This document shows positions 19,787 through 28,635 of a DNA stretch of 64,000 nucleotides, piece by piece. The notes beneath the pieces were generated by a model. That model had not been told where the DNA came from. It did no database searches and saw nothing but the letters and a program-made list of their open reading frames with translations. Each line of letters starts with the position of its first letter. Position 1 is the stretch's first letter. The position numbers and the translations under genes are program-made. Source of the stretch: Actinomycetota bacterium (lineage in GTDB: Bacteria; Actinomycetota; Actinomycetes; S36-B12; UBA5976); the NCBI GenBank assembly GCA_947448865.1, contig CANFOW010000003.1:1994-65993 (forward strand), in the 5' to 3' direction.

Positions 19787-19957
19787 GGTTGCCTTTCATG
19801 GAAACCTTTAATTACAAATTTCTTACCTATTCTTAGCAGTAACGCAACAGGAAAAATGCGAACTTAGCCAAGTTTTTCTCAAAGGCACGATTCGCTTGCC
19901 TTTTCTAAAGAGTAGTGTGTCGCAATAACGCTCAAATCCTGATGAAAGTCTCGAGAT

Positions 19958-20689
19958 ATGACAGATACTGCTGCACCACACGAGCGCCTCATCGCTAGAT
20001 TGCGTCCTCAAGGCCTGGCTGACGTTGTGGTTTTTGCACTTGCGCTGCTCTGGATGGCCACAATCCCTCGCCAGATGCACAGTCTTCCTATTAATTTCCT
20101 GGCTCAACTCGCGCTGACCATGGGCATAGTCCCGCTATATATAGTTGTACAAGCTCGTCGAAGCAAGGTTCTGAGCCAACCACAAATCATAGAATCCGAT
20201 CAGTTGTTTGTGAACCGTGCCATTCCACGTTGGATTGCCTTTGTTGCCGTGCTGCTGTTACTCCATTCACCTGCGGGTGTGGACACCATTCACCGAATTG
20301 GACTCGCTGGACAGTGCGTATCGGCAGTCATTCAAGTGTGGGCTAGTTTTATTTACTTTGCACCAATCCTTGGCACCCCTCATCAAACACGCACCATGAC
20401 ACATGCTCACCGAGTATTTTCACTTTTTGCCATGATGGTTCCTGAAACGATGATTGGTTTCTTCATATATATACAAAAGCAACCCATCTATTCTGACTTC
20501 TTAGCTGGCCAATCCCAGCGACAAGCACTTCATCAACAACAACTTGCAGGCGCCTTGATGTGGGCACTGGCAATGGTGGTAGATGCCGTATGGCTTGCGA
20601 TAGCCGTTCAGAAGTGGTTTGTAAACGAAGAACGTCGGGGCGAGGAATTCAATACGGCTTGGGAAGCCGAGCAAGAGAATAGTGTGTGA
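19958..20689 (+). CDS. putative cytochrome oxidase assembly factor (CtaG/caa3-type-like) membrane protein
   Basis: 243 aa and polytopic. It is divergent from the oxidase operon. The C-terminal LAGALMWALAMVVDAVWL resembles the CtaG family motif. The assignment is tentative. Confidence 0.35.
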   Translation: MTDTAAPHERLIARLRPQGLADVVVFALALLWMATIPRQMHSLPINFLAQLALTMGIVPLYIVVQARRSKVLSQPQIIESDQLFVNRAIPRWIAFVAVLLLLHSPAGVDTIHRIGLAGQCVSAVIQVWASFIYFAPILGTPHQTRTMTHAHRVFSLFAMMVPETMIGFFIYIQKQPIYSDFLAGQSQRQALHQQQLAGALMWALAMVVDAVWLAIAVQKWFVNEERRGEEFNTAWEAEQENSV

Positions 20690-21015
20690 TCATGCCACCA
20701 CAACAAAAACAACCTCGAAGCGAAAAGTTTTGGAGCAGACTAATAATTTTTGGCATTTTCTTCTGCATCTTTATGACCTGGTTTGAATATGGTCGAGCGC
20801 GAGGAGGAAACCAAAGAAGCTGGTCTTATGTTTTGGAATGGCCAGTTCTCGGCGGCATCACTATTTGGATGGTTTGGCGAGTAAATCAAGAGCGTAAAAA
20901 TCCAACAGTTCATGAACCCGAGATAGACGACCCAAACGATCACGAGCTGCAAGCATGGCGGGCATATACGAATCGCCAAAAAGACCCGAATCCGGGAGCA
21001 AACTCTGATAGTTAA
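20686..21015 (+). CDS. small hypothetical membrane protein
   Basis: 109 aa with 2 hydrophobic helices. Its start overlaps the upstream stop (GTGA, or the ATG at 20692). Confidence 0.35.
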   Translation: MIMPPQQKQPRSEKFWSRLIIFGIFFCIFMTWFEYGRARGGNQRSWSYVLEWPVLGGITIWMVWRVNQERKNPTVHEPEIDDPNDHELQAWRAYTNRQKDPNPGANSDS

Positions 21016-21117
21016 AGGTTTTGTCGAAAAATTCCCAACATTTCGACTGCGAAGGCATCATAATTTCACCTAACGTCCTTTTGCGGCACCCCCGTTGCAA
21101 AGAATGAGGAGAACAAG

Positions 21118-22572
21118 ATGCACGGAAATGATCAGAAACTTTCCAAGAGTTTGAACATTTGGGAAGTCATCGGAATATCGGTTGCTTTGATGGCCCCATC
21201 AATGGCAGCAAACATTAATCCACAAGGTCCAGCAAGTGTTGTTGGTACTGCAGTGCCTTTGGCATTCTTTATCGCGGCAATTGGTGTAGCTCTTGTGAGT
21301 TACGGATTCATTCGACTAACCCAGTCATTCAATCACGCAGGATCTGTATATGGGCTTGTCGGTAAGACACTTGGTCCACGCACAGGTGTAGTCGCTGGTT
21401 GGGGACTCTTGGGCACATACACGTTCTATTCAGTCGTATCAACAATGGCAACCGGAGTATTCGGAACCGCACTTCTCAATCAGCTAGGTGTTGTATCCGA
21501 CACCGCGGGAGAAGGCATCACACCATTCCTTATTGGTGGCATCGGACTCGTACTTACAGTTGCTCTTGCAGTGTCTTCCGTTAAGCGCGGAACACGTTTG
21601 CTGCTGATGATTGAGGGAACGACCGTAGTACTCATTCTTCTGACAACACTTGTTGTGCTTTACAAGCTACTCACAGGAACTGCACCTGCTGGTCAAACAT
21701 TCACAATGAGTGTTTTCTCAATTCCAAGTGGAACTGGCGCAAGCACAATTTTCCTTGGCGTTGTTTTCGGCTTCCTGTCATTCGCAGGATTTGAAGCAGC
21801 AGCAACCATGGGTGAAGAAGCAAATGCTCCACGTCGCGACATTCCTAAGGCAATTCTTGGTGTCGTTATTTTCGGTGGTATTTACTTCACGTTCGTAACT
21901 GCAATTGAAGTTATGGGATTTGGTGCAAATGACGAAGGCATGAAGGGCTTTATCGGCTCAGGTTCATTGCTCGGCGATCTCGGCAAGCTCTACATCGGCT
22001 CATGGGTCGGTGTGCTTATTACTCTAGGTGTCACAATCAGCGCACTTGGCTGTTTGCTCGCTTGTGTTGTTGGCGCAGCTCGCTTGCTCTTCGCTCTTGG
22101 CCGTGACGCAGAAATCGGCACATTCTCCAAGATTTCGCCAAAGTCGAACGTCCCAACAACTGCTGTGTACTGGGTTGCTGGAGCTGTTGCTTTGTTCTCG
22201 GTCTTCTGGAAAATTGCATTTAGTGCTAAGGCCTTCGATGTCTTCGTTGGTTCAGGCGTTATCGGAACCTTGATTCTGTTGGTTGCATATGGACTGGCGA
22301 CAATTGGCGCTATCCGCTTCCTGTTCTTCTCTGGCAAGAAGCGTGTTGCTCAATGGGAAATCATCATTCCAATTCTTGGTTTGGCCATTCTCGCGTACAC
22401 ACTGTTCCGCAACGTGTGGCCATTGCCAACGTCAGGTGCTGGTCAGGCATACGACATCATCACTATCGCGTGGATTCTTCTTGCAGTCATCGGAGTGCTC
22501 GTTGCTCCAAAGACAGCAAAGCGCATGGGTGAACGTCTGAACGCTGACGAAAACCTGGTCGAAACAAGCTAA
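21118..22572 (+). CDS. APC-family amino acid permease
   Basis: 484 aa and polytopic with a good SD (GAGGAGAAC). It is a paralogue of 34051-35502: both share LMAPSMAANINPQGPA and end in MGERLNADE.LVE. Confidence 0.8.
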   Translation: MHGNDQKLSKSLNIWEVIGISVALMAPSMAANINPQGPASVVGTAVPLAFFIAAIGVALVSYGFIRLTQSFNHAGSVYGLVGKTLGPRTGVVAGWGLLGTYTFYSVVSTMATGVFGTALLNQLGVVSDTAGEGITPFLIGGIGLVLTVALAVSSVKRGTRLLLMIEGTTVVLILLTTLVVLYKLLTGTAPAGQTFTMSVFSIPSGTGASTIFLGVVFGFLSFAGFEAAATMGEEANAPRRDIPKAILGVVIFGGIYFTFVTAIEVMGFGANDEGMKGFIGSGSLLGDLGKLYIGSWVGVLITLGVTISALGCLLACVVGAARLLFALGRDAEIGTFSKISPKSNVPTTAVYWVAGAVALFSVFWKIAFSAKAFDVFVGSGVIGTLILLVAYGLATIGAIRFLFFSGKKRVAQWEIIIPILGLAILAYTLFRNVWPLPTSGAGQAYDIITIAWILLAVIGVLVAPKTAKRMGERLNADENLVETS

Positions 22573-22579
22573 GTTACAA

Positions 22580-22615
22580 GGCGGTAGATGCAGGCTTGAA
22601 CCTACATCTACCGCC
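22580..22615 (+). terminator. stem-loop after the permease gene
   Basis: GGCGGTAGATG pairs with CATCTACCGCC (11 bp plus 3 more after one mismatch), starting 8 nt after the stop. No U-tract. Confidence 0.4.
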
Positions 22616-22620
22616 TAAGC

Positions 22621-22659
22621 AAAAGTGCCTCTACCCGTAATCGGTAGAGGCACTTTTTT
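22621..22659. terminator. bidirectional rho-independent terminator
   Basis: AAAAGTGCCTCTACC-cgtaatc-GGTAGAGGCACTTTTTT: an 11-bp GC-rich stem with an A-tract on one side and a T-tract on the other, lying between convergent genes. Confidence 0.75.
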
Positions 22660-22700
22660 GGCTATTTCATGATGATCACATGACCGTCATGAATGGACCT

Positions 22701-24254
22701 TTATTTCTTGCGATTATTTGGAACTGCTAAGTACACGACCAAGCCAATCAGAGCCAAGATCGCGATAACTAACAGAGTTACCCAGTCAAGGTTGAACAAC
22801 GCACCACGAGGGCTCGCAAGTCCAGTTGGAATAACCAAGTTGATGAACATCACCACGAGATAAACCAACGCGATGATTGTGACCAACATGCCCTTATTGC
22901 CCAATGTGTAAGCACCTTCACCTGTCCAGCCACGGCGACGGGCAATTAAAGCTCCGAGCACAGTAAGAAGGAAGGCTAAGTAAATTCCGCTCACACCAAA
23001 TGACACCAAGGATGTCAATGCAGAAATATTGGCTGGATACGTAATGAATCCAAGCTTGATGTCTGCACTTGGAGTCACATTCACGAGCAATGTGAAAGCC
23101 AATGGAATAAGTGCGCCAAGGACTAATGCGTTAACTGGGGTCTGGAAACGAGGAGAAACCTTAGACAACGTCTTCGAAGCCGGTGTTGCTCCATCGCGAG
23201 CGTAAGAGAACAACATACGTGCACTTGCTCCTTGAATGGATGATCCACATGAGAAGAATGCAAACACAACTGCGAGCAACAAAATGTCACGCAGGATCGA
23301 TGAATGGATTGCATTTTCCAGAATGAAAGGAACGCCACCAGCAAATGATGTTGCTGTTGCATAGCCTTCTGGATCACTAGGCGTTGCAAGTGTTAAGGCA
23401 GCGACCAAAATAAAGGACGTACCCGCACCTGCAAGAAGTGCTTGACGCATTGCACGCGGAACTTGGTGAGTTGCATTCACAGTTTCTTCAGCTACGTCAC
23501 CAGCAGATTCAAATCCATAGAAAATGAATGCGTGTGCGAGAACTGCAATGAGCGATGCACCTAACCACCAGTTGCCACCGAAATCTACCCCGAGTGAATT
23601 AGTTGCAACATTCTCTGCACCATTTGTTGAGAACAAGAAACTAAATCCATGGTTGAATCCTGCAGCTGCCAAAATGAGAGCAATACCGATGGTTCCGAAA
23701 ATTTCAACATACGAGCCGAATGAGGCTACGCGTCCCATTACTTTGGCGCCCGTGACGTTGAGAATCGTCTGAATCGCAAGCAGAATCACGGTCAAGGCCA
23801 AAATTGTTGAATGTTGTGTTGGATCAAGTGACATCTTGAACCACGAGTTAAGAATTGCAGCCAGGTAAGGAACAACGCCCGTATCAACGGCTGCAACTGT
23901 TACAAGGAGCGAAATTGAATAGAACCATCCAACCCACCAGCCATAGCGTGCACTCACTGAATTCTTGGCGTACTGATACAAGGCGCCCGAAATTGGATAG
24001 TGACTACCAAGCTCGGCAAACACCATGGCAACGAAATACATACCAATAACAGGAATAAGCATCAGCCAGATGTAGCGTGGGCCACCGCTGCCAATACCTA
24101 AAACGAACAAGGAATAAATGCCAACCATTGGCGACAAATACGTAAACGCAACGCTGAAACTTCCGAATTTCGAAAGTACTCGGGACAATTCTTGCTTGTA
24201 CCCAAGAGCGCTCAACCGAGAATCTTCGGTTTGATTACTCTGATCTTGTGACAC
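22701..24254 (-). CDS. APC-family amino acid/polyamine permease
   Basis: Polytopic ORF. I prefer the GTG at 24254, preceded by GAAGGGAAA. The ORF-track start at 24299 is also a GTG. Confidence 0.7.
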   Translation of the reverse strand: MSQDQSNQTEDSRLSALGYKQELSRVLSKFGSFSVAFTYLSPMVGIYSLFVLGIGSGGPRYIWLMLIPVIGMYFVAMVFAELGSHYPISGALYQYAKNSVSARYGWWVGWFYSISLLVTVAAVDTGVVPYLAAILNSWFKMSLDPTQHSTILALTVILLAIQTILNVTGAKVMGRVASFGSYVEIFGTIGIALILAAAGFNHGFSFLFSTNGAENVATNSLGVDFGGNWWLGASLIAVLAHAFIFYGFESAGDVAEETVNATHQVPRAMRQALLAGAGTSFILVAALTLATPSDPEGYATATSFAGGVPFILENAIHSSILRDILLLAVVFAFFSCGSSIQGASARMLFSYARDGATPASKTLSKVSPRFQTPVNALVLGALIPLAFTLLVNVTPSADIKLGFITYPANISALTSLVSFGVSGIYLAFLLTVLGALIARRRGWTGEGAYTLGNKGMLVTIIALVYLVVMFINLVIPTGLASPRGALFNLDWVTLLVIAILALIGLVVYLAVPNNRKK

Positions 24255-24458
24255 GAGTATTTCCCTTCTCTTCCGCGTGGTCACACTCGTAACCACCACG
24301 TGAATTCAGGCTAGTGTCACCCTGTATTTCTTGACCCAAAGTTGCCGAAAAACAATTCAGGCGTTTTATCAGGCTTTTTCATGTCACCACGAGTAATAGC
24401 CCTGCAAAACGAGGCATTTCGGGAGAAAATTGACGGCAAGGACGCTGTGATGGTATCT

Positions 24459-26492
24459 CTAAATCGCGCGGCAAATTCGAGCAGCATCAAGCATCGCGGC
24501 GTGAATGTTGCGACTCGAAATCGCATCACCTATCCGGAAGACCTGGAATTCACCGGACGCATTGCGCACGCTGGTTTGTGGTAGGCCGTTGAGTAAGTCA
24601 TCAAGATTGACTTCCCCACCATTTATTGAGTGAGGAACGAGCACGTCATACAGGTCTGAATTCGACTGGGTTCCATTTTCGATTACTACGGCGTTTACGA
24701 TTCTTTGTTCGGTCCATGTTTCATCTTCTAAGCCCAAGGACACCGTTAATGTGCCATCTGAATTTCGTGATACTTCGTTTAGTTTGCGCAAGAGCGTAAA
24801 AGTCACTCCTAGTTTGGAAAGATCCTTAAAGTAACGAGACGCAACCATGCCACCAACATCCGGCGAAACAGTTCGTTCTGGCGATGCAACTTCAACTGAT
24901 ACACCTTGGCGTGCCAAAGTCTCGGCTAAGTCGAGGGCTTGATTACCACCATGATCGTCATAAATCAGAACTGAACCTTCAATGCGCTTGGCACCTGAAA
25001 TAACATCCCAACTATCAAAAACATGCTGTGCACCAGGGACCGTTGCCACAGACGGCAAACCACCCGTGGCAACAATGACTACGTCAGCACCTGATGCCAT
25101 AACATCGTCAGCGTCAACATAACTATTTAGCTGAACGGTGACACCAAGACGTTTTAGTTCGTGTATGCGCCAGTCGATTATTCCTTGAAGATCGCGTCGT
25201 CGTGGTGAACGAACTGCTAGACACATTTGCCCACCGAGCCGATTGCTTGCTTCGTGAAGTACGACCTGATGTCCACGTTCCGCAAGAAGTCGCGCAGCCT
25301 CGAGGCCAGCTGGCCCTCCGCCAATGACGACCGCAGTCTTGGACGTCGAAGCTCGGCTCGGTACTTGTGGGAGTTCAAGTTCACGACCTGTTGCAGGGTT
25401 ATGAATACAGAAGGCGGCACCCGCTGTGTAAATACCGTCGATGCACATACTTGCGCCAACGCAAGGTCGAATTTCATCTTCGCGTTTGCTGATGACTTTG
25501 TTTGGAAGTTCTGGATCTGCAATAAGTGCTCGGGTCATGCCCACAAGGTCGAGTAAACCTGCTTCGATTGCGTAACGCGCAGTTGCGACATCGGCAATCT
25601 TCGCAGCATGCATCACAGGAACTTGTAGTTTCTGTTTCACTTCACCGACGAATTCAAGTTGAGATGCAGACGGCATTCCCATGACGGGGATGAGCTTGGT
25701 CAAACGTGCATCAGAATCAATTGAGTAGCGAAGAGCGCTGACAAAATCAATTCCATTGTCGATGACGTCCTGAGCGACAGTCAGTAATTCGCCCATCCCG
25801 AGACCGTTTTCACGTTCTTCGTCGAAACTAATTCGAGCACCAACAATAAAGTCTTCCGGTACTGCAGCTCGAATTGCGCGAATCACTTCAAGGGGATATT
25901 TCATTCGGTTGTCATACGAGCCACCAAATTCATCATCGCGATGATTCCAAAATGGCGTAATAAAAGAATCAAGGAAGTGCCCATAAATCATTAATTCGAT
26001 GCCGTCCATACCTGCGGCAACGCAACGCTGGGCAGCAGCAACATAATCATTCTTAATCCGCTCCATGTCCCACACTTCAGCAGCTTTTGTAAAAGCGCGA
26101 TGAGCAGTCTCGCGAACAGCGCTGGCGGAAATCGTGGGAATCCATTCACCCGAATAATTGCTACTGCGATGCCCTAAGTGCGACAGCTGAATCATCACTG
26201 CTGCACCATGGTCGTGAACTTCATCAGTGAGAAGACGCATCCAGTGAACGGATTCGTCCTTCCATAACTGCAAGTTTCCAAAAGCCGGCGCACTTTCGCG
26301 ACTGACTATGGCGCTGCCACCAATCATGGTCAGACCAATACCACCACGCGCTTTTGCCACGTGGTAAGCGCGGTATCGATCTTTGGGAAGCCCATCATCG
26401 CTATAAGACGGTTCATGCGAGGTGCTAATAATGCGATTACGAATAGTCAGATTCTTGATCGTAAACGGCGACAAGAGCGGGTCAGTAGACAC
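24459..26492 (-). CDS. OYE-like FMN / FAD-NAD(P) two-domain flavoprotein (2,4-dienoyl-CoA reductase / N-methylproline demethylase StcD-like)
   Basis: 677 aa with an N-terminal OYE TIM barrel, a Cys cluster (CVGASMCIDG...AFCIHN) and a C-terminal VVIGGGPAGLEAA dinucleotide fold. Confidence 0.7.
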   Translation of the reverse strand: MSTDPLLSPFTIKNLTIRNRIISTSHEPSYSDDGLPKDRYRAYHVAKARGGIGLTMIGGSAIVSRESAPAFGNLQLWKDESVHWMRLLTDEVHDHGAAVMIQLSHLGHRSSNYSGEWIPTISASAVRETAHRAFTKAAEVWDMERIKNDYVAAAQRCVAAGMDGIELMIYGHFLDSFITPFWNHRDDEFGGSYDNRMKYPLEVIRAIRAAVPEDFIVGARISFDEERENGLGMGELLTVAQDVIDNGIDFVSALRYSIDSDARLTKLIPVMGMPSASQLEFVGEVKQKLQVPVMHAAKIADVATARYAIEAGLLDLVGMTRALIADPELPNKVISKREDEIRPCVGASMCIDGIYTAGAAFCIHNPATGRELELPQVPSRASTSKTAVVIGGGPAGLEAARLLAERGHQVVLHEASNRLGGQMCLAVRSPRRRDLQGIIDWRIHELKRLGVTVQLNSYVDADDVMASGADVVIVATGGLPSVATVPGAQHVFDSWDVISGAKRIEGSVLIYDDHGGNQALDLAETLARQGVSVEVASPERTVSPDVGGMVASRYFKDLSKLGVTFTLLRKLNEVSRNSDGTLTVSLGLEDETWTEQRIVNAVVIENGTQSNSDLYDVLVPHSINGGEVNLDDLLNGLPQTSVRNASGEFQVFRIGDAISSRNIHAAMLDAARICRAI

Positions 26493-26561
26493 AAGTTCCC
26501 CTCTCGGGTCGAAACATTAAGTCATATGTTACTTGCATTGGCCAAACAGCAGAACAAACAG

Positions 26562-26626
26562 GTGGTCTAGACAAACCGATGTCTAGACCACTTGTATTTG
26601 GGTTGTTTGCTAACCACGCAAACAAC
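26562..26626 (-). terminator. two tandem hairpins downstream of the 26635 gene
   Basis: A 9-bp stem GTTGTTTGC/GCAAACAAC (26602-26626) and a 12-bp stem GTGGTCTAGACA/TGTCTAGACCAC (26562-26591). On the minus strand these are followed by CCTGTTTGTTCTGCTGTTT. Confidence 0.55.
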
Positions 26627-26634
26627 GGTTCCAG

Positions 26635-27231
26635 CTACGCTGTTGTGTTCTGTTCTGCTTTGGCCATGTGCGAGAAGCCTGCAAGGGCGAGCAGCAAGAA
26701 TACGATTCCTGCGCCGTATGCGAACCAACTACCAATGAGAGCGATTTTGCCCAGTGTCGCGAATGCGTAAGTAAACCCGAGCAGTCCAACTAATGTCGAA
26801 CCCATAAATAAGGTCGTGCGTTGTTGACCAAGTGTTCCCACTTGTGCGGCCAAAACAGTGTTCGTTGGATCTGCCTTCAGTTGAGCGGCAGCCGCCATAA
26901 ATTCGCCAGACACTTCTTCATAGGTCTTGCCAGCAGCAACGCCTTGCATGTGAATGTGAATGTAACTATTGGCATAGGTATATGCCTGGTCGCCAGTGGT
27001 TAATTCCTGTCCGGCGTATTTCTCCATTGCAGTTCGGTTTACATCAGGCAATGCCTTGAGCGACTCCGAACCCGCTGCAGGGAAAGTAATTTTTTGCGAA
27101 GCAAGTTGTTCTTTTACCTGACTAGTTGCGAAAGTACCACCCCAGTGAAGTAGGGCGCCAGCTACAACAAGGACTACGGCGAGAAGTAAGCCAATAAGGC
27201 TTGCAATCTTGTCGAATGACTTTCTATTCAT
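26635..27231 (-). CDS. hypothetical membrane protein (1 N-terminal and 2 C-terminal TM helices)
   Basis: 198-aa ORF with its own operator and terminator. No family recognised. Confidence 0.45.
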   Translation of the reverse strand: MNRKSFDKIASLIGLLLAVVLVVAGALLHWGGTFATSQVKEQLASQKITFPAAGSESLKALPDVNRTAMEKYAGQELTTGDQAYTYANSYIHIHMQGVAAGKTYEEVSGEFMAAAAQLKADPTNTVLAAQVGTLGQQRTTLFMGSTLVGLLGFTYAFATLGKIALIGSWFAYGAGIVFLLLALAGFSHMAKAEQNTTA

Positions 27232-27334
27232 TTCGTCAATCTCGATTCATGTTTAACAAATGCTTTTCGTCACACTTGGAAACTTACGTTTCGCGTTAAG
27301 TTTCTCGCGTACTAGAAAGACTTTTCGAAAAAAC

Positions 27335-27354
27335 GTGAGTGCTAGCACTCATGC
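27335..27354 (-). promoter_or_regulatory. palindromic operator, copy 1 (GCATGAGTGCTAGCACTCAC on the minus strand)
   Basis: Perfect 16-bp palindrome TGAGTGCTAGCACTCA at 27336-27351. The 20-mer is identical to 36768-36787 and lies 103 nt upstream of the ATG at 27231. Confidence 0.6.
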
Positions 27355-27475
27355 GTTGTTAGATGAGTGCGACATTTGACACATTCGCAACAGACATAGC
27401 GTTTCTAAATAAGTGCTAAGAATTGTGTCGAACAGATTTCACGCACAACGGCAGTATGAGACAAAACTGAGTATC

Positions 27476-27518
27476 GATTCAACGAACCAAAGAATTAACG
27501 AAACTATGAATCAACGAA
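27476..27518. repeat. three direct 11-bp repeats at an exact 16-bp period
   Basis: GATTCAACGAA (27476), GAATTAACGAA (27492) and GAATCAACGAA (27508). Confidence 0.6.
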
Positions 27519-27533
27519 TGGCTGAACTAATTT

Positions 27534-28571
27534 TTATTCGAGACCTTGTGGCCAAGTGTCAGTCAATCGATAACCCTGTGGGTAAGGATCAGTCGGGTCA
27601 AGAACAAGTGTCGTTAAGTCCGTAATCCATGCTTGACCGGCAATCGATGGAATCACAGCAGGCTTATTACCAACAGTGGTCTTTGATTCAATCCGGCAGT
27701 CAAATGTGGAATCAATAATTGACTTGTGAACGAATCGCTCACCCACTTTGAGTTCACCTCGAGCGTGCATTACAGCCATGCGTGCCGACGAACCCGTGCC
27801 ACACGGTGATCGATCGAGACGACCCGGAGAAACCACAACTGTATTTTTCGCAGTTAACACGCCATCAATGCGCTCCGGTGGATTCGTGAATTCGCAAATT
27901 GTGATACCCGGGAAGCCAGGATTTTCAGGGTGCACTGCTGGGATTTGTTCAGCGGCCGCCATCTTTATTTTTTCACCCAGTAAACAAATGTCTTTAGCCT
28001 CATCGGGACGAATTTCAAAGCCGTGGGTTTTTGCGTCGAGCAGAATGTAAGCCATTCCACCCCATGCCACGTCGAGAGTCACGGTACCTAGTCCTTCAAC
28101 TTCGACCTTGGCGTCTAATTCATAGACAAACGCGGGTTGGTTAGTAAAGCGCACACTTGTAACTTTTCCATCTTTGACTGTGCATTCAACTGGAATAAGG
28201 CCAGCTGCTGATTCAAGAACCAAATTGGTTACGGGTTCAACAGCATCAAGCATCCCAGTTTCCAGCAACACTGTGGCGACACAGATCGTGTTACTTCCAG
28301 ACATCACTGGGTATTCGATGGACTCCATGATCACGTAGCCAGCATCGGCCTTCGGGTTATTGCTCGGAATAATGATGTTGGCATTGCGAGCCACTTGACC
28401 ACGGGGTTCGCTCAGAATGAGCTTGCGTAACCAGTCACGCTCGTGCTCAAGGAAGTTGCGCTTATCAAACATTGTCTCGCCAGGAATTTGACCGAACCCG
28501 CCAACAATGACGTTGCCGACTTCTCCTTCTGCATGGACTCCAACCACTTTAAGTGACCGCGAAAAACGCAT
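27534..28571 (-). CDS. proline racemase / hydroxyproline epimerase superfamily protein (Ser/Cys variant)
   Basis: 345 aa. DRSPCGTGSSARMA is the second catalytic Cys motif. The first motif reads PVMSGSNTICV where canonical members have MCGH. Confidence 0.75.
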   Translation of the reverse strand: MRFSRSLKVVGVHAEGEVGNVIVGGFGQIPGETMFDKRNFLEHERDWLRKLILSEPRGQVARNANIIIPSNNPKADAGYVIMESIEYPVMSGSNTICVATVLLETGMLDAVEPVTNLVLESAAGLIPVECTVKDGKVTSVRFTNQPAFVYELDAKVEVEGLGTVTLDVAWGGMAYILLDAKTHGFEIRPDEAKDICLLGEKIKMAAAEQIPAVHPENPGFPGITICEFTNPPERIDGVLTAKNTVVVSPGRLDRSPCGTGSSARMAVMHARGELKVGERFVHKSIIDSTFDCRIESKTTVGNKPAVIPSIAGQAWITDLTTLVLDPTDPYPQGYRLTDTWPQGLE

Positions 28572-28635
28572 TCCTGACTCCTTTTACTGACGCTGTGAGC
28601 CAGTCTAGAGAGATGCCAGTCGAATATCGTGAGAA

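Noticed and set aside
26537-26668. Imperfect inverted repeat (GGCCAAACAGCAGAACAAACAG versus the reverse complement of CTGTTGTGTTCTGTTCTGCTTTGGCC) bracketing the terminator hairpins, possibly a MITE-like element
   Set aside because: One arm is the coding 3' end of the 26635 gene, the match is only approximate, and there are no target-site duplications or other copies in the window.
27336-27351. Canonical CIRCE (HrcA) or HAIR (HspR) heat-shock operator
   Set aside because: CIRCE needs TTAGCACTC-N9-GAGTGCTAA and HAIR needs a 7-nt spacer. Here the CIRCE arms are everted with no spacer and the HAIR-like arms are separated by 6 nt. The downstream genes are also not chaperones. I keep it only as a resemblance.
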